A stretch of 64,000 bases of DNA from the human T2T-CHM13v2.0 reference genome, Homo sapiens, in NCBI RefSeq assembly GCF_009914755.1, contig NC_060926.1; one strand, written 5' to 3'. The translations under genes and the position numbers were made by a program. This document shows, piece by piece, positions 42,742 through 58,424 of the stretch (within the stretch, counting starts at the first letter, position 1; every line of letters begins with the position of its first letter). The notes under the pieces are model-generated. The model ran no database searches. It was not told the origin of the DNA and worked only from the letters and a program-made list of their open reading frames with translations.

Positions 42742-44594
42742 TACTCTCATCAGTTCCATTTTACAAATAAGGGAACTGGGCTTCAGAGAGATGGAGGTCA
42801 AGGTCATAGATGCAGCCAGTGGAGCCTGGCTTCAGAGCCCAGCACCTTCACAATTTTGCTGTGAAACCTTCTCAAGGGCTTTTCTCTGATGGGAGCTTTG
42901 GAAAGGAGAGGCTGTACAAGTCAACAAGAACACAGCGCGTCAGAGTGACCTTGCTTCTCTCTTGATTTTGGAGATTTGTTTGGAGGGCTGAACTTCAGGG
43001 AAACAAAGTGAAATGTCAGGGTTTTCCTGAGGTCAATGGGGGTAAAGACCCAAATGGATTATGAAGCCTTCCCTGACCCCCTAGTCCACACTGACCTCCC
43101 CTGTCTTCTCTGTAATTGCATAGCCTGTCTGTTGACATGGCTAGCAGCTGGCCATACTGGCTAATCTCCGGCAAAAATTGTGACATTGGCAGAGTTTGTC
43201 TTCATTCCTCTCCTATCTGCCTGTTATTTGATTTTCAGCCTCTTATGTCCTGTTTGGGCCCTCACATGTTCTCTCAGCAAGGAAAGCTTCATTCTGAAAG
43301 ATGAAAATAGAGAACACAAAACTTAATTCCCCAAAATGAATATTTAATGGTGGGATTTTAGGCAGCAGAGATTTGGGGGTTGAGGAACTTGCTGTCTCTC
43401 TAATCATCTCGTTCTTCCCCTTCCCCTCTCCCTCCCCTTCCTCTTCCTCCTCCTGGTGTCTTTTTATGATTATTATTTAACCACTTCACACTCCCCACTT
43501 CACACTCCCATCTAGTAGTCTGGATGGCCCACTTCCAGTCCTACATGGTCCCACTCGCATGGGTCACCCTGGTCACCCTGGGCTCAGGACCCCCCTGGCA
43601 CTTACACTCCAGGCTGCCCAGCCCCCTGCCTCCACAACCCCCTGCCTCCATGTGCACACTGCCAGTCCCCGGAACACTGCTTATGTCTTTGGTTTTGTTA
43701 AACTGTTTGTTCTGAGAGGACAAAGACCACATCTAATGACCAGGGATGTGGTTGCAGGAATTTTTACTTCAAAAGGCATGTTGGTCTCCATGGCCTCTCA
43801 AAGCTCCTACACCCTGAGCCTTAAAGCTTCTCAGCTCTTCCCCTCGTTCTCCCCATTGTGCCTGCTTCTGGATTGGGTAGAAGAGAGGTGCTTAGGAAGG
43901 ATGTATTGAGCTGCTGTCTAACTCTTTCTGTAAGCAAGGGCACAGGCCCCTGAGACAATGGTGGAAAAGCTCTCCTGTTTTCAAAAGTCCCTCAACGTGC
44001 AGGCCCCTTGGAGGCAAAGCACCTTCAGGATTTTAGAATCAGAGTTTTTTCTGGGCCGCAGGACAACCTGCTCTGGCACTCGCTCTGGCCTGGCCATCTC
44101 TGGGCTCCTCTTGGTCAGTATCTGGGCAGCCTTTTAGAGGGCCTGGAAACCACAGCTAGCCCTTCCCAGAATGACTCGACATCCAACGTGGACTCAATTC
44201 CAGTCCCCCTTGGCTCCAGGAGGCCCGTCCCACAGGACAAGGCCAGGGCCACAGAGGTCCCAGATTTTCTCAGATTCACTGCTGACCAGGGGCAGCCATG
44301 CCAGAAATTCTGCAAAATGCCAAGCACAAGCACTCTCAAGCGGTGGCTTCATAGTTCCCACAACCTCATCTACCATACTCCATAATGTCTAGGTGGAGTG
44401 AGTTCATCTCAGACGGGAACACATTTTTCCTCCTGTGACTTCTCCCCTGACTCAAGTCTACAACCACCAGGAAACTGCTTGGGACAAGGCTGGGGCAAGG
44501 AGGCAGGGCCCGTGGAGTTGGGACCAGGGCAGAGCACCCTGCCCCGTGGAGCCTAGATCCTTGGCCCCAGCACCCCTAGAAAACATGGCTCCTC

Positions 44595-44912
<318 letters not shown>

Positions 44913-45355
44913 GAAAACCTGGCTCCTCAAGGAGCCACATTCTAGACAGAGCTGGAGAAGTTGATGGGGCTTGGGTTTAAGTTTGCATTGTGACCTAGGC
45001 ACCCTAGGAGATGGCACCCATGTGCCCAGAGCTCAGACAGGACTTTTCTGTCTGCCTCCCTCACCCAACACTTTGCAGCATTGGGTAGACTGAATAGAGT
45101 TGTGACTGTAGACACAGGAGACTCAATAACCATTTCTTCACATCTGCTTGAGACCATCTGGCCTTTGCATCTTGCCAGGCATGAGTTATTCCTCTCTTAA
45201 CCCATGGAATCCATTGCCTGGCACGGCTTCCACGCCCTTGCACCATCCACATCCTCCCGTCCACATCCCCCTGTTCTCCAAGGTGGGCTCCATCCTACCT
45301 TCACCTCCTTCATTCCCTACCCTGGAGCCCTCAGGGACCTCCTTTTATCCCTTAA

Positions 45356-45796
<441 letters not shown>

Positions 45797-45831
45797 CCTT
45801 TAAACCATACTTTAAACCAGCATACTTTAAA

Positions 45832-46095
45832 CCAGCTCTGTTCAGTAGACTTCTAATGTGAACTACTTATGTACTTTAGAATTTTTCAGCAGTCACATTT
45901 AAAAGTACCAAAAAGAGACAAAATGAGTTTTAATACATTTTATTTAACCCAATATATCATAAAAGGTTATCATTCCAATATGGGAGTAATATAAAAATTA
46001 TTAGTTAGACATTTTACATTTTCTTGTACAAAGTCTTCGAAGTCTGGTGTGCAGTTTATAGAAAGCTCTTCATCTGATTTAGATTTAATAATGAC
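45832..46095. mobile_element. MER33-like hAT-Charlie relic
   Basis: ttttaatacattttatttaacccaatatatc...aatataaaaattatt...aagtcttcgaagtctggtgtg. Confidence 0.8.
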
Positions 46096-46150
46096 CTCTC
46101 CTTCTCTTCCACCTGCCCAATACCAAGCCAGAAAAGATGTAGCCCCACAA

Positions 46151-46176
46151 GCAGGGCATTCTGGGAATTGTAGTTC
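46151..46176 (-). promoter_or_regulatory. Candidate ZNF143 (SBS)/THAP11 composite motif
   Basis: Reverse complement is GAACTACAATTCCCAGAATGCCCTGC, matching the ACTACAnnTCCCAnAATGC consensus. Confidence 0.6.
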
Positions 46177-47424
46177 CTAGCTTCTCTCAGAGCCACAGAG
46201 AAGACCTTGGAAAGGGATAGTGGTGATGAATTGACCACAGACAATCCGGCCCATTATTCCACTGGGCAAGTGCTCCTAGAAGTACATAGGAGCCAGTTGC
46301 CAGGTTGGAGGAACAGCAAGGCTGCACAGGGAGGGAGGGCAGTGGGCACGGCAGGGGACCCTGAGCGAGCTGACTCCCAGGGGCAGAGGGAAGAGGAGCC
46401 TCTGGTGGGGGTAGGAGAATAAGAGATGGAAGGGCACGGAAGGAGGAAAAAGGTGGGTCTCTGTGAGTCCCTACCGCATTCTGGACATACAGGTGCTCTA
46501 GTGTCATGAGGCGGCCAGGCCCGCATTTCAGTGACCCCCACATTGGGGCGGGGCGAGGCTCACAGGTGTCACTCCCCCTGACTCTGGGTGCTAAGAGGAG
46601 CTGGGGCAAGGTGGTTGCCCCCAAGGCCTCAGATACTCTACTTCAGTGCTTCAGTGTGGGTGGACTCAGAAGCCGTAGGGACCCCACCCCTCCAGAAGGC
46701 TTCCCAAGCAACTCTCCTGTCAGCCTGGACTCCTGACTTCGATGCTTGTTCGCACATGCATGGCCACAGCTCGTTTGCTGTGCTGCACGGGGCATGCCCC
46801 CACTCACAAGGAGCCCTTCGGGGTCAGAGCCCAAACTATCTTCTAAATCCCACAGCATCTTGGAAGGTGCCCTACACATCTGTGCTGAAGGGAGCTGGGG
46901 TGGAGGCCAGGAAGAAAGGTTTGCAGGCATCGGCAGAGCCACTGAAGCTGCTCCTGTCACCAACAACCAAAGCTCTGAAAGAAAGGGGAGAAGTCCCTCC
47001 GGGGCCCCTTCCTTCATGCCCTGAGCAGCCAACCTGGCTCATACAGACCTCAGAGACCCAAGAGACATCAGAGATTAGCCAGAGCCAGTCCTTAGGCTTT
47101 CGAAAGGAGCAGCACAAACACACATAGGTGTGGGGGCATGAGGGGGGAGGAGGTGGTGGTGCTCCTGGCTGCAAGACACTAAGAGCACGGGGCCACACTG
47201 CTGGTGCTCAGCCCCAGCAGGGGCAAGGCTCAAGAGGGAAGCTGGAGTGTCCTCTTGGAGAGACCCCCACTGAATTAGATCACCTGCCTATTAATGAGGA
47301 GACCCCCTGACTGAGGACGCCAGCCTCTGACCAGTGGCTGAAACCCGTCTTCTAGGCATTAATCCAGAAGTTAGATTTTCTTCTGGTCTTTCTTCTGGTC
47401 TTTCTTAAGAATCGTGGGATTTTT

Positions 47425-47764
<340 letters not shown>

Positions 47765-48253
47765 TTAGGGCTAGGCTGAGTTATGGTCTGAAGCTCACCT
47801 AGTCCAAGGCTGTCACCTCGCAGATAAGGAGACCAAAGCAAACGTGGAGTGAAGCTGGAGGTGGGCCTGGTCTCCTCCACAGAGGCCTTTCCTTCTTCCC
47901 CACCCTCCCCTTGGTCCTCCCTACTAGCCCCCACCATACGTTCTCTCTTTCATCCTCTCTCAGGGCTGGAATCTTTTCCCTGATAGCCCATCTTCTAAGA
48001 CACAGCGGTCCCCAGATGTTACTTGAGCAGAAACAGAGCAAGCGCGGAGTGCCTGATGCCTCTGAGAACCTAATGAATGGCTCAGATGTCACGTGGCGAT
48101 CTGGAGGGGAACACACATAGGACAGAAAACCAGACCCCACGGGACTGTTGAGCCCTCCAGAGTCAGACCGTGGTGTCTGAAGCAATGAAATAGGGTTAAT
48201 TTGGCAAGGCTTGTCCCTGGGCACAGTTTCCCTCCCCGGCTCCAGTTTGTGCT

Positions 48254-48286
48254 TGCAATTCAAGTTTCTGGCACCAGATGGCAGCG
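48254..48286 (+). promoter_or_regulatory. Candidate CTCF site with upstream module
   Basis: TGCAATTC (48254-48261), a short spacer, then core CTGGCACCAGATGGCAGCG (48268-48286). Confidence 0.6.
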
Positions 48287-48324
48287 TTGCTCTGTTATGA
48301 ATGACTTGATGGAACAGTTTTAAA

Positions 48325-48600
48325 AGTCATTCATTCATTCATTCCACAAGTATTTACTGAGTGCTTTCAATGTGCCAAGCCCTTTTCTAAGTTCTTGGGA
48401 TAGAGCAGTGAACTAAACACAAAAATCTGTGCCTCCTGGGAGCTTCATTCTCATGCAGGAAGACAATGAATAGATGAGAAAAACATTTGGCGCGTCAGAT
48501 GATAGGTGCTATGGAGAAAAAAAATAAAGCAGATAGGGATGAAAGGAGGGCTGGAATAGGGGCATTGTGAAGTTAAAGGGGAGGTCAGAGATAATAAGAT
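48325..48600 (-). mobile_element. L2 3' end
   Basis: tcattcattcattcattccacaagtatttactgagtgc...agcagtgaactaaacacaaaaatctgtgcctc. Confidence 0.88.
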
Positions 48601-48929
48601 CAGGGAAACAGAGCTGCGCAGAGCAATGGAGGCTCTAGGCAGTGGGCGAAGCAGAGAATGTTTACATGGGAAGGGGCTTTAGAGGTGGCTTTGTTACATT
48701 TGACAGTTGGGGACACTGAGGCCCAGAGAGCTCAGTCTCAGCTGAAAAATCTGCCTCAATTGAAATGACCTGCCCAAGTGAAAAATCTGGAGGCAGGCAG
48801 CCTAGAGTTTCAGGTCCACCACATCCTACCCCGCTGCCCCTGCCACCTCCTAAACCCACCTCAGTCCTCCCGCAATGCAGCAGGACTAGGAACTCACCAA
48901 ACTCTGTTTGCTTTTCTTTCTGGACACAT

Positions 48930-50240
<1,311 letters not shown>

Positions 50241-51934
50241 TATTGGACTAATATTTACTGAGCCCTACTGTGAGCCAAAAAACTGGGATAAAATAGTGAG
50301 CAAATTAGACACCAGCCCCTAGGATCCCCTGTCCACCATATACAGATATATGTGACAGGTAGGTTTGATGCCAATGAGAAGTTGTTGAGAAGTCGGGTCT
50401 CATTTTTCCACTTTCTAGGTTGCTGGCTTATCAAGATAAAGGAAGAAATATTTGCTTTTTCCTTTACCCTTCTGGAGCACCTGGCCTTTGAGTTCTTGAG
50501 GTTTGAGATTTCCTTATCACGAGGAGGAAAGTAACAGTCTCTGGTCTGTGTTTCCGGCTGAATGGAGAAGTTGCCAGGCCAGGTGGGCTGCCCCTGTGAT
50601 TTGAAAGGCCTACGCCCCTTAGGAGGTGGTAAACAAAGTGTCAGTCAGATTTGGCCAGGGGAGGGCCATGGCCTTCAGGGCTTGTGAGGCTCTTTGGACT
50701 GAAGGCGAGAGGTGTTAGGGGTTTTGCAGGGGCCCCAGAGATCCGCCCCCATCAAGTGCTGCAGTGGCAGGGCCCTGGATGTTGGTGGGGGCTGCCCTGT
50801 GCCTTGGAGAACTGCGCCCAGATGCCCAGTCTCAGGAACCTTGAGCAATGCCCCCCAGGTCAAGCCTGCCTCAAAGTTGCCCTAATCCCTCTACTGTCTC
50901 GTGGGCAGCACTGGGGACAACCATGGTTGACAGTTAAGTCCCTACTATGTTAAAAACACATGTTTTCATGGGTGGGGCAAACTCTGGGGTCTTTCTGCAT
51001 CACCTTCTGCATCAACTTTCTATAACTTTGACAAAGGAGGGTTTTAGCCAGATGCAACTTAATGTGGAACATTTAAGAAATGTAACATTTCTTGAATCCT
51101 AAATTTTGTGGCATGATATCATTTGTAATATATTTAATTACAAATTGTTGCAAACTATGAGGGGAAGTGACTGGGCTCCATGAATCCATATAACAGGAGG
51201 ATCTGATCAATTCAGGGGCATAAATATATTTTGCTCAGAGGGACTAGCTCTAGAAAACCTCCTAGGATGCATTTAGGCTTCAGTGAAATGGAGTTTAGTT
51301 CCTGAAATTTGTTTTTTACCAAGACAAATGGTAACAATCGCTTAGTTACGTGCAATTGCTTTAGGCTCTCTTGAGCCTCGTTGTTCAACATCCCAGAGGA
51401 AGACAGACCCCCTCCAGCATCCACAGACAAAATTTAAAGCAAGACTCTGGTTGGTATCATCAGGTCACATGTCCCTCTCTGAACCAACCAAGCCAAGAGG
51501 ATTGTGTACTTGGAATGGCCAGCCTAGATCACTTTATTCAATCCCCACAACCACCTCCTGGGGTAAATATCATTAGCCCTCATTTTACAGATGAACAACT
51601 GATGTGGAAATAGGTTCATTTACTCCTCCAAAGTTGTGATGGACAACCTCACCAAAGTTATCTCTTCACAACCTGAGACTGGGTTGTGGGAGTGGGGATG
51701 GAAAAGATTCTGAGAAAGACTTTTCATCTCTGATCAAATAAGAAAAGCACATAAAGAGAGCTCTTGCCACATTGACCATCACCCTACATCCTGACTTTGG
51801 AAGGAGATTTAAGAAGATGTGATATCTGGAACTGTGGCAGCCATCTTGAGACCATATGGGGATGAGGGAGAGAATTTAGAGGCATTGGCATCTTGGAGTT
51901 GCAAAGCCAACTTGAGAATTGCCTGCCTCTAGAC

Positions 51935-52072
51935 TTTTTTTTTTTTTTTTGAGACTGAGTCTTGCTCTGTAGCCCAGGTTGGAATGCAGTGGCGCGATCT
52001 CTGCTCACTGCAAGCTCCGCCTCCCGAGTTCATGCCATTCTCCTGCCTCAGCCTCCTGAGTAGCTGGGACTA
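51935..52072 (-). mobile_element. 5'-truncated AluY (right arm only) inside an MLT1-like LTR
   Basis: 'gcaagctccgcctccc'; perfect 16-bp TSD gcctgcctctagactt (51921-51936 / 52073-52088). Confidence 0.95.
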
Positions 52073-52844
52073 GCCTGCCTCTAGACTTCTTAGTAGGCAA
52101 CCACTTTTATATTGTTTAAGTCCCTGTTAGCTGAAGTTTCTGTTACTTCCAGAAAGACTCATAGGCTCTGTTAGAGGCCCTTTGAGGGTTGGTGGGCTGG
52201 CATCATCCTTAGAGTATACGTGGGACCTAGAGAGGGTAAGGACTTGCCTGAGGTGTCCTGATGTGGAAGAATGTGCTCTCTCAGGGGGTGACTGAGCGAG
52301 GGGGGTAGGTGGTTAGGACAGGGGAACCCCTGGGGCAGGGTGGGACAGTCTGGGATACCAGGAGAGGAGCAGCGAGCCCAGCAAGTGTCTCAGCAGGAGG
52401 AAGCCTGCAGGCCTGGAGTTGGAGAAGGCACAGGGAAGGTTTGGAGGGACTTTGCCCAGAAGCATGCATGCAAACTTGCAGGTGAAACAACAAAGGCAGA
52501 CCCCTTCCAGCAGTGACTTCCCGTGGCTGTGCTACAGAGAGCCTGCAGGAAGGAAGGAAAGGCAGTGGCTGGGATTCAACTGTGACTACAAGGACCTAAA
52601 TTTAGATCAGACATCCAGGAAGACACCAGGAAACCCGCTAATGATGATCTCTCACTCCATGCAATGCTTTGTCCTGTGCAGGCACATCCAGCCACAGTTT
52701 CTCATTTGACCCCTGAATAGTCCTTTGTGGAAAGCCAGGGTGAGAACATCAACAATGGCACAAAATCATGTGATGGAGTAAGGGTGAGAACCTGGTCCCA
52801 TGAGCCCCAGTCCCATGAGGTCTCTCTCAGCCATCTCTCTGGAC

Positions 52845-53030
52845 CAGCTGCAGTGCCGGCTTTCTGGCGGGGAAAACGTGGCCTGGATTTGTAGCACTTG
52901 CTGATTTCCATGGTGTAAATACTCCCACTGTGGCTGATTTTGTCAATGTTTAAACAACTTTCTTGAAAAATTACTGGCATTTAACAATGGCTCTTGGAGC
53001 TGGTATGAATTTGCTCCAGCACACATTAGG
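52845..53030 (-). mobile_element. MER63-like hAT relic
   Basis: gatttgtagcacttgctgatttccatggtgtaaatactcccac...atttaacaatggctct...gctccagcacac. Confidence 0.75.
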
Positions 53031-53420
53031 CCCTGCCAGCCACGTACTCGCATCCAGTGTCCTGGCCCCCTGCCCTGTTCTCACATCCAATGTCTTGGTT
53101 AAGGCCCATGGGCCTGTCTCTCTCCTGACCTGACCCTGGCTTAGTGTTTTGGCTTTTGGCCCCATAACCTGAAGCCATCACGTGTCCCTAGTTTGCTACC
53201 TCTGCTCCCCGGAGTCCTGACTCCTACATTCCTGCCTCTGGTCCCTCTTAGTGTCCTGCTGGGTGAGACCCACTCCCTCCTACCTCAGCCATGGCTGCCT
53301 CTGGCCATTGCCTGCCTCCCTGGAAGGGCTCCAATGCTTCACCATAGGGGCTAAGATGCTACTCCATGACTTGGGAATGGGATGTCTGCATGGTTGCAGA
53401 TGAAAAGGTCCTGGGAGCTC

Positions 53421-53762
53421 TGATATGGTTTGGCTCTGTCCCCACCCAAATCTCAAATTGAATTTCCACATGTTGCTGGAGGGACCCGGTGGGAGGTAAT
53501 TGAATCATGGGGGTGGGTCTTTCCCATGCTATTCTCATGACAGTGAATAAGCCTCACGAGATCTGATGCTTTTAGAAATGGGAGTTTCCCTGCACAGGCT
53601 CTCTGCTCGTGTCTGCTGCCATGTGAGACGTGCCTTTCACCTTCTGCCATGATTGTGAGGCCTCCCCAGACACGTGGAACTGTTAAGTCCAATAAACTTT
53701 CTTTTGTAAATTGCCCAGTCTTGGGTACGTCTTTATAAGCAGCATGAAAACGGACTACTACA
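53421..53762 (+). mobile_element. THE1 (A/B-like) solo LTR, complete
   Basis: TG...CA termini (tgatatggtttggct...gaaaacggactactaca); perfect 5-bp TSD agctc (53416-53420 / 53763-53767). Confidence 0.96.
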
Positions 53763-54800
53763 AGCTCCTTCCGAATTTCTTTCATTTTTTTGAATGCCCC
53801 ACTCTTCCTGTACAAGCTCTGAGACCCCCTTAAAGACTGGCTTCCCTCCCACCTGCCTTCTTAATTGCTACCCTCTCCTCTACCTTGATTCATTTATTCT
53901 CTTTCCTTCACTGAGAGAGACATCCTAATGTCCCAAGCTGACCTCCAGCTCCTCCAGCTCTCGGAGACCCTCTGTCTGTCCTAACCCTCCCCTCCAGATC
54001 CATCCATCTGGGGTCTGTTGTCCTGTGCCCCAAACCTACTCAGTCTCCTCTGTCTGCCTTAAGGTCTTATCGCTGTCCCACGACCCAAATTCTAACCACT
54101 ACTACCAGGGCTTAGGTCAGCCCCACCACCTCCCAGTCCCACCCCCTAAAGTCCCACTGGCACTTCCAGCCCAACTCCTCAGCATGCTCAAGTATCATTT
54201 CCTCCAGGAAGCCTTCCCTGACCTCCTCCCTTCTCCTCTCAGAGCTGAGTGTCCTACAGGTGAATCCTGTGCAAACCTTGATTGTGACTCCCCTCCTACT
54301 GAGAAACAGCCATTGACTCGCCGGTCTCTCCCATCAGGCCATGGTTTTGCGGGAGGAGGAGCTACGTCAGTCTGCCTTGGAGCTCAGCACCGTGTTTGGC
54401 CCATGGTAGATGCCCCACAGAAAACACAAGCGGCGTTGAGGGCTCCTGTGGTGAGTGGTCGTTTCTCTTTTAGCATGCTAAAAGCACTTCCTGTGGGAGT
54501 GCCTCCGAGCCCCTCTACTTGAGTGGAAGTTTCTCAAGGCCAGGACCCTGTCCCGTTCCTCAGGGCCCCTCCCCACACGGAGTTTCAGGCAGGCCCTGCT
54601 GCTAGGCGCCACAGAGGCTGGGCAGGGTGAGGGGTGTGTCCTGTTTCTCCAGGCACACTCGGTGGTTGACTGATTAGTCTCAAGAGGCAATTAAATTTAA
54701 GAGAGGCTTTTCACCTGCTCACAACTCCTCACCCTATCTGATTATGATGTTATGCCCCTTGGAGGGGCAGAGAAGGGCAGTCATTAAAAGACAAACATTT

Positions 54801-55103
54801 GGGCCAGGCGTGGTGGCTCACCACAGTAATCCCAGCACTTTGGGAGGCCGAGGCAGGCAAACCACTTGAGGTGAGGAGTTCGAGACCAGCCTGGCCAACA
54901 TGGTGAAACCCCGTCTCTAGCAAATATAAAAAATTAGCCAGGTGTGGTGGCATGCTTCTGTAATCCCAGCTACTCGGGAGGCTGAGGCAGGAGAATTGCT
55001 TGAACCTAGGAGGAGGAGGTTGCAGTGAGCTGTCCAAGATCATGCCACTGCACTCCAGCCTGGGCAACAGAGCAAGACTCCATTTCAAAAAAAAAAAAAA
55101 AAA
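54801..55103 (+). mobile_element. AluSx/Sz-like
   Basis: Full dimer; TSD aaaagacaaacatttg. Confidence 0.96.
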
Positions 55104-55166
55104 AGACAAACATTTGAAGGGGCTGTGTGCTGTCTGGGAAGCCAGATGGCAGGACAGCCACTTTGG

Positions 55167-55590
<424 letters not shown>

Positions 55591-55810
55591 TAAGCAAAAG
55601 CAGCAAGACTGGGAGCTGGGCAGGCCAGCTCCCAAATGACCTGCCCCACCCTGGGAGCTGGCGCTCCACTGAGGGGTCAGAGGTCAAAGGGATCTTTGAA
55701 TTCATCTAGGGGGCTGGGGACAGCTCATGAGAGTGAGGCAAGCTCTCTTCTGTGACCCCTCTACCTACTGAGCAGCCTCCTTAGCAGGGAATAGGGACTC
55801 CAGCTCCCAG

Positions 55811-55943
55811 CTGGAACCCATGAGCAGAAATGTTCTTTTGGTTTTCCTGTTGGAATCCCACGAGCAGGAATGTTCTCGTGGTTTTCCTGTTGGAATCCTT
55901 CAAGCAGGAATGTTCTCGTGGGTTTCCTGTTGGAATTCCATGA
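55811..55943 (+). repeat. 40-bp minisatellite, ~3.3 copies
   Basis: Unit ttggaatcccacgagcaggaatgttctcgtggttttcctg starting at 55811, 55850, 55890 and (partial) 55930. Confidence 0.93.
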
Positions 55944-56371
55944 AAAGTGCTTTCATTCTTCCAGCCTTGTGCCCCTGAAGTTTCAGGGGCACGGAGTCCT
56001 GGGGGATCCCCAAGCCCGGCCCCTCCCAGCGTTTGCCCTTGGCCTCTGGGCGTCTCATTAGCGTGGACACCCTCTGGAGGAGGAACTCTTCATCACATAT
56101 GCTGTTGCCACCGCCAGGATTTCTGAGCTAAGCTATGGTTGTTTCTATCCTGCTGCTATAAACTGAGTCCACCAGAAAGTGGCCAGTCCGGATCTGGGGT
56201 GAGGAGGTGGGATGGGGTAGTGGTTTGAGGGAAACACAGTGCCTGAATCTGAATCTTGGCTACCTGCTAGCTGGCCATACCATGACCCAAGACGCTCTAA
56301 GCCTCCGCTTCCTCGTCTGAATGATAATAGAATCTATGCTGCAGAGTTGCTGATGGGAATAAATGAGATAA

Positions 56372-56762
<391 letters not shown>

Positions 56763-57119
56763 AAATCTCTCCTTTTCCTTCTCAATCCGTCATCCATCCC
56801 ACAACTTCATATTCCTGGCACCCCTTCCTGCCCCCAAGAGCTCCAGCCAGGTGTCAAGGGTCACAGGCAGGTCCCCAGGAGCCCTACCCCTGACCCCACT
56901 CACGTGCAGATAACTCTCCTAGCATGCTTGGCTGGCTGAGGGGCCTTCTTTGGGCCTTGGGTGTTTGAGGAAAGTGGCCAGAGGCCCAGGCCAGAGCAAA
57001 CTGCTTAGATGGCTTATCTAACTCTACTGAGGCTCAGCTCCTGGGACAGTGGCTCAGTGAGTCCCACCATGGCCCTTTGAATGAGAGCGGCCGGGAGAGC
57101 TGCCCTACCCACTTCCCCT

Positions 57120-57232
57120 GCCCTCCTTCATCTTTGTCTACATCTGCATCCTCATCTTCATCCTCCTTATCTTCAGCCTCGTCCTCCTCATCCGAGCCTC
57201 ATCCTGCTCATCTTCAGCCTCATCCTCCTCTT
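57120..57232 (+). repeat. (TCC/TCA/TCT)n low-complexity tract
   Basis: catcctcatcttcatcctccttatcttcagcctcgtcctcctcatcc... Confidence 0.85.
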
Positions 57233-57366
57233 CTGGGCACTTGCATATTCACTTTCTTTCTGAATTCCACAAAAGTCTAGTTAGGCAGTGGCGCATAGAC
57301 CACCTTCCTCATTAGGAAAGAAACCGACACCCAGAAGGAATAATAATGCTGAAAGCACACCTTTTA

Positions 57367-57716
<350 letters not shown>

Positions 57717-58124
57717 TTATGTAAAATCCGAGCAAAAATGACCATGTGGTCTGATCTCTCTGCTTCCCACCCAGATGGCAGCATGCTATACACGCTGCTG
57801 TGCTGTGCTTTTCCCCACAGAATCTCTCCCCATCAGCTCCTAGAGGGTGCCTTCATTTGTTTTATGAGCACTGACCACCTGCATTGAGCGTGGCGGTCAG
57901 GCATTGTGTGTGACGGTCGGGCATTGTGCTAAGAGATATACGTGGATTACCTTATTTAATCATCACACAAACCTAAATGCAGAGTGTGCTAGAACCATCC
58001 CCCTTTACAGATGAGAAAACTGAGGGCTGGAGAATTTGCATAGTCCGGGTCACATGCCATCAGATTCCAGAAACAGCGCTGTCATTCTTGCTGCCACGAG
58101 GTTCTGGAAAGGCCAGCCTCTTGA

Positions 58125-58424
58125 TTTTTTTTTCTTTTTTTTGAGATGGAGTCTTGCTCTGTCGCCCAGGCTGGAGTGCAGTGGTGCGATCTTGGCTCAT
58201 TGCAACCTCCGCCTCCTGGATTCAGGCAATTCTCCCTGCCTCCGGCTCCTGAGTAGCTGGGACTACAGGTGCACACCACCATGCCTGGTTAATTTTTGTA
58301 TTTTTAGTAGGGACGGGGTTTCACTATGTTGGCCAGGCTGGTCTCAAACTCCTGACCTCAGGTGATTCGTCCGCCTCAGCCTCCCAGAGTGCTGGGATTA
58401 TAGGTGTGAGCCGCTGCGCCCAGC
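58125..58424 (-). mobile_element. AluSx-like
   Basis: Full antisense dimer; TSD ccagcctcttgattttttt (58113 / 58426). Confidence 0.96.

Noticed and set aside
55811-55943. CRISPR-like array
   Set aside because: Units are contiguous with no unique spacers, there are no cas genes, and the DNA is primate; it is a minisatellite.
57077-57280. Ser-rich ORF or antisense acidic tract suggesting a pseudogene
   Set aside because: Explained by a triplet low-complexity tract; no flanking homology, poly-A tail or TSD.
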